Part shown: in pieces, positions 62,767 through 64,000 of the stretch
Numbering within the stretch: the first letter of the stretch is position 1
Layout of the letters: each line of letters starts with the position of its first letter
Source: an uncultured delta proteobacterium
GTDB taxonomy: Bacteria > Desulfobacterota > Desulfobacteria > Desulfobacterales > JAFDCJ01
Assembly (NCBI GenBank): GCA_963769935.1
Contig: CAVYNY010000011.1
Location: forward strand, 192,001 to 256,000
Reading direction: 5' to 3'
DNA length: 64,000 nucleotides
The notes under the pieces: model-generated
Told to the model about the DNA's origin: nothing
Seen by the model: the letters and a program-made list of their open reading frames with translations, nothing else
Databases searched by the model: none
Position numbers and translations under genes: made by a program

Positions 62767-63749
62767 TTATTCGACGCGATGGACGATAGCGGATGCCGGC
62801 ACCAGTTTTACTTCTTTTTGTAATTCGGGCAGCATCTCGCGCAAGATATTATAGGTTATTAAATGCGGGTGTCCGATACCCACAGCATAGCCATTGCGCC
62901 GGGCAATTCGAACCAATTCCTTGATCTGCCGGTGGATAAATTCGGCATCCTGCAGATGATCCAGAAAGACGTCCCGTTGTGCAAAAGGAATCTGAAACAA
63001 GCGAGCAGATGATTTACAGAGCGTTTGGGAGGTGGTGCGACTATCTATAAAATAAAGATTCCTTTCTTTGAGCACGGAAAAAATCTGGTACATTTGACTG
63101 GATTCAGCTGTCATTTTGGACCCCATATGATTGTTGACGCCCTTTATGTAGGGCACAGCCTTGAGATTTTCTTTAAGCTGGTGAATCAACTGATCCGGCG
63201 TCATGGAGGTCAGCAGGGTACCGGGACCCGGGTTGACGGCCGGATATTCGATCGGCTCCATCGGCAAATGAAGCATGATCTCCAGGCCTCTGGCCTTTGA
63301 TAAATTGGCGATACTGTCCTGAAAAGGGCTGAATGGCAGAATGGAAAAGGTGAAAACTGCGTTGAGCTCACATAATTTTTCCGCCAGTTTGCGGTCATAG
63401 CCCAGATCGTCGATAATGATGGCCACCTGGGGGAGCTGTTTTTCATCCGGCGGCGGCGGCACCTTTATCGATTTTTTTTCCGGTGGAATATCTTTTTGGG
63501 GATAAATTTCAAACGTGGGAATGTTGGCGATCGGCTCCTTGATGGCAGGAGCCGATTTCGCCGGCGCAGCCGCCGTCCGTTGCGGTTTGGCGGGAGTTAT
63601 CAGATAGTGAGCCACCAAACCCGCCAGCGCCACCAGGAATAATAAGATGGCAACGCCGGCAAAAGCTTTAAACAAAGGACTTTTGTTTGAATTGTTTTTG
63701 CGGCTTTTGTTGGTTTTTTTTTTCTGCGTGTGGGTTTTCGATTTGCCAT
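62767..63749 (-). CDS. Divergent polysaccharide deacetylase; ATG 63749 is out of frame across an A10 run (in-frame TTG at 63675)
   Basis: AIIIDDLG..LHLPMEP..GVNNHMGS..FIDSRT..RDVFLD..GIGHP. Confidence 0.88.
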
Positions 63750-63775
63750 ATATCGATGTCAGATGGCTCTAGAAA

Positions 63776-64000
63776 TCAGCTTTTCAAATTTTTAAATATT
63801 TCATAACCCTGCAGCATTTCAAGCGCACGAATCACCTGGTTGTCGGTTTGCAGCGTTTCGAGCGTCAGCGGGCCGATTATTTGTTCGGCCTCTTTCATTT
63901 TGGAGTCCTTTTCGTCTTCCGGCTTGGGCTGCGATTCGCTCTGCGGTTTTTTAACTTTGCTCGGTTCGGCCGCCAGATGGTTTTCCAGATCTTTCTCTTT
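63776..64000 (-). CDS. ctpA: C-terminus of an S41 carboxyl-terminal protease (partial)
   Basis: KEKDLENHL..DNQVIRALEMLQG; usual neighbour of the divergent deacetylase. Confidence 0.7.
   Translation of the reverse strand, partial: KEKDLENHLAAEPSKVKKPQSESQPKPEDEKDSKMKEAEQIIGPLTLETLQTDNQVIRALEMLQGYEIFKNLKS

Overview
Bacterial chromosomal window. Gene content and repeat style suggest a Desulfobacterota/Desulfobacterales-like organism (inference). Region 1-16 kb is an accessory junk-yard. It holds a group II intron with an RT/maturase running off the left edge, and a decayed minus-strand integron-cassette mosaic with intact, half and chimeric attC sites but no intI in the window. It also carries three intact type II TA pairs, two TIR-domain genes (one TIR-TM-duplicated beta-sandwich), a truncated tyrosine recombinase, and an HUH/RAYT-like transposase element with imperfect terminal inverted repeats into which an IS1634 has nested. 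Region 16-37 kb has an exonuclease, a frameshifted PAS kinase, and a complete Rhizobium/Rhodobacter-type polyol cluster (fructokinase, ROK, smoEFGK, smoS, mtlK) bracketed by a 55-bp direct repeat. A DUF1989/cyclase/TRAP/BKACE catabolic cluster follows. Region 37-64 kb is core-like: PilZ, ModF, MFS, FAD oxidoreductase, Opp/Dpp ABC, M23, GcdA, TPR protein, 2-oxoacid:Fd oxidoreductase, HD phosphodiesterase, FHA, hybrid kinase, deacetylase and the CtpA end. Many intergenic spacers carry strand-biased 7-9 nt periodic tracts and small dispersed MITE-like elements. No rRNA, tRNA or CRISPR was seen. All family calls are from motif recognition, not database searches.
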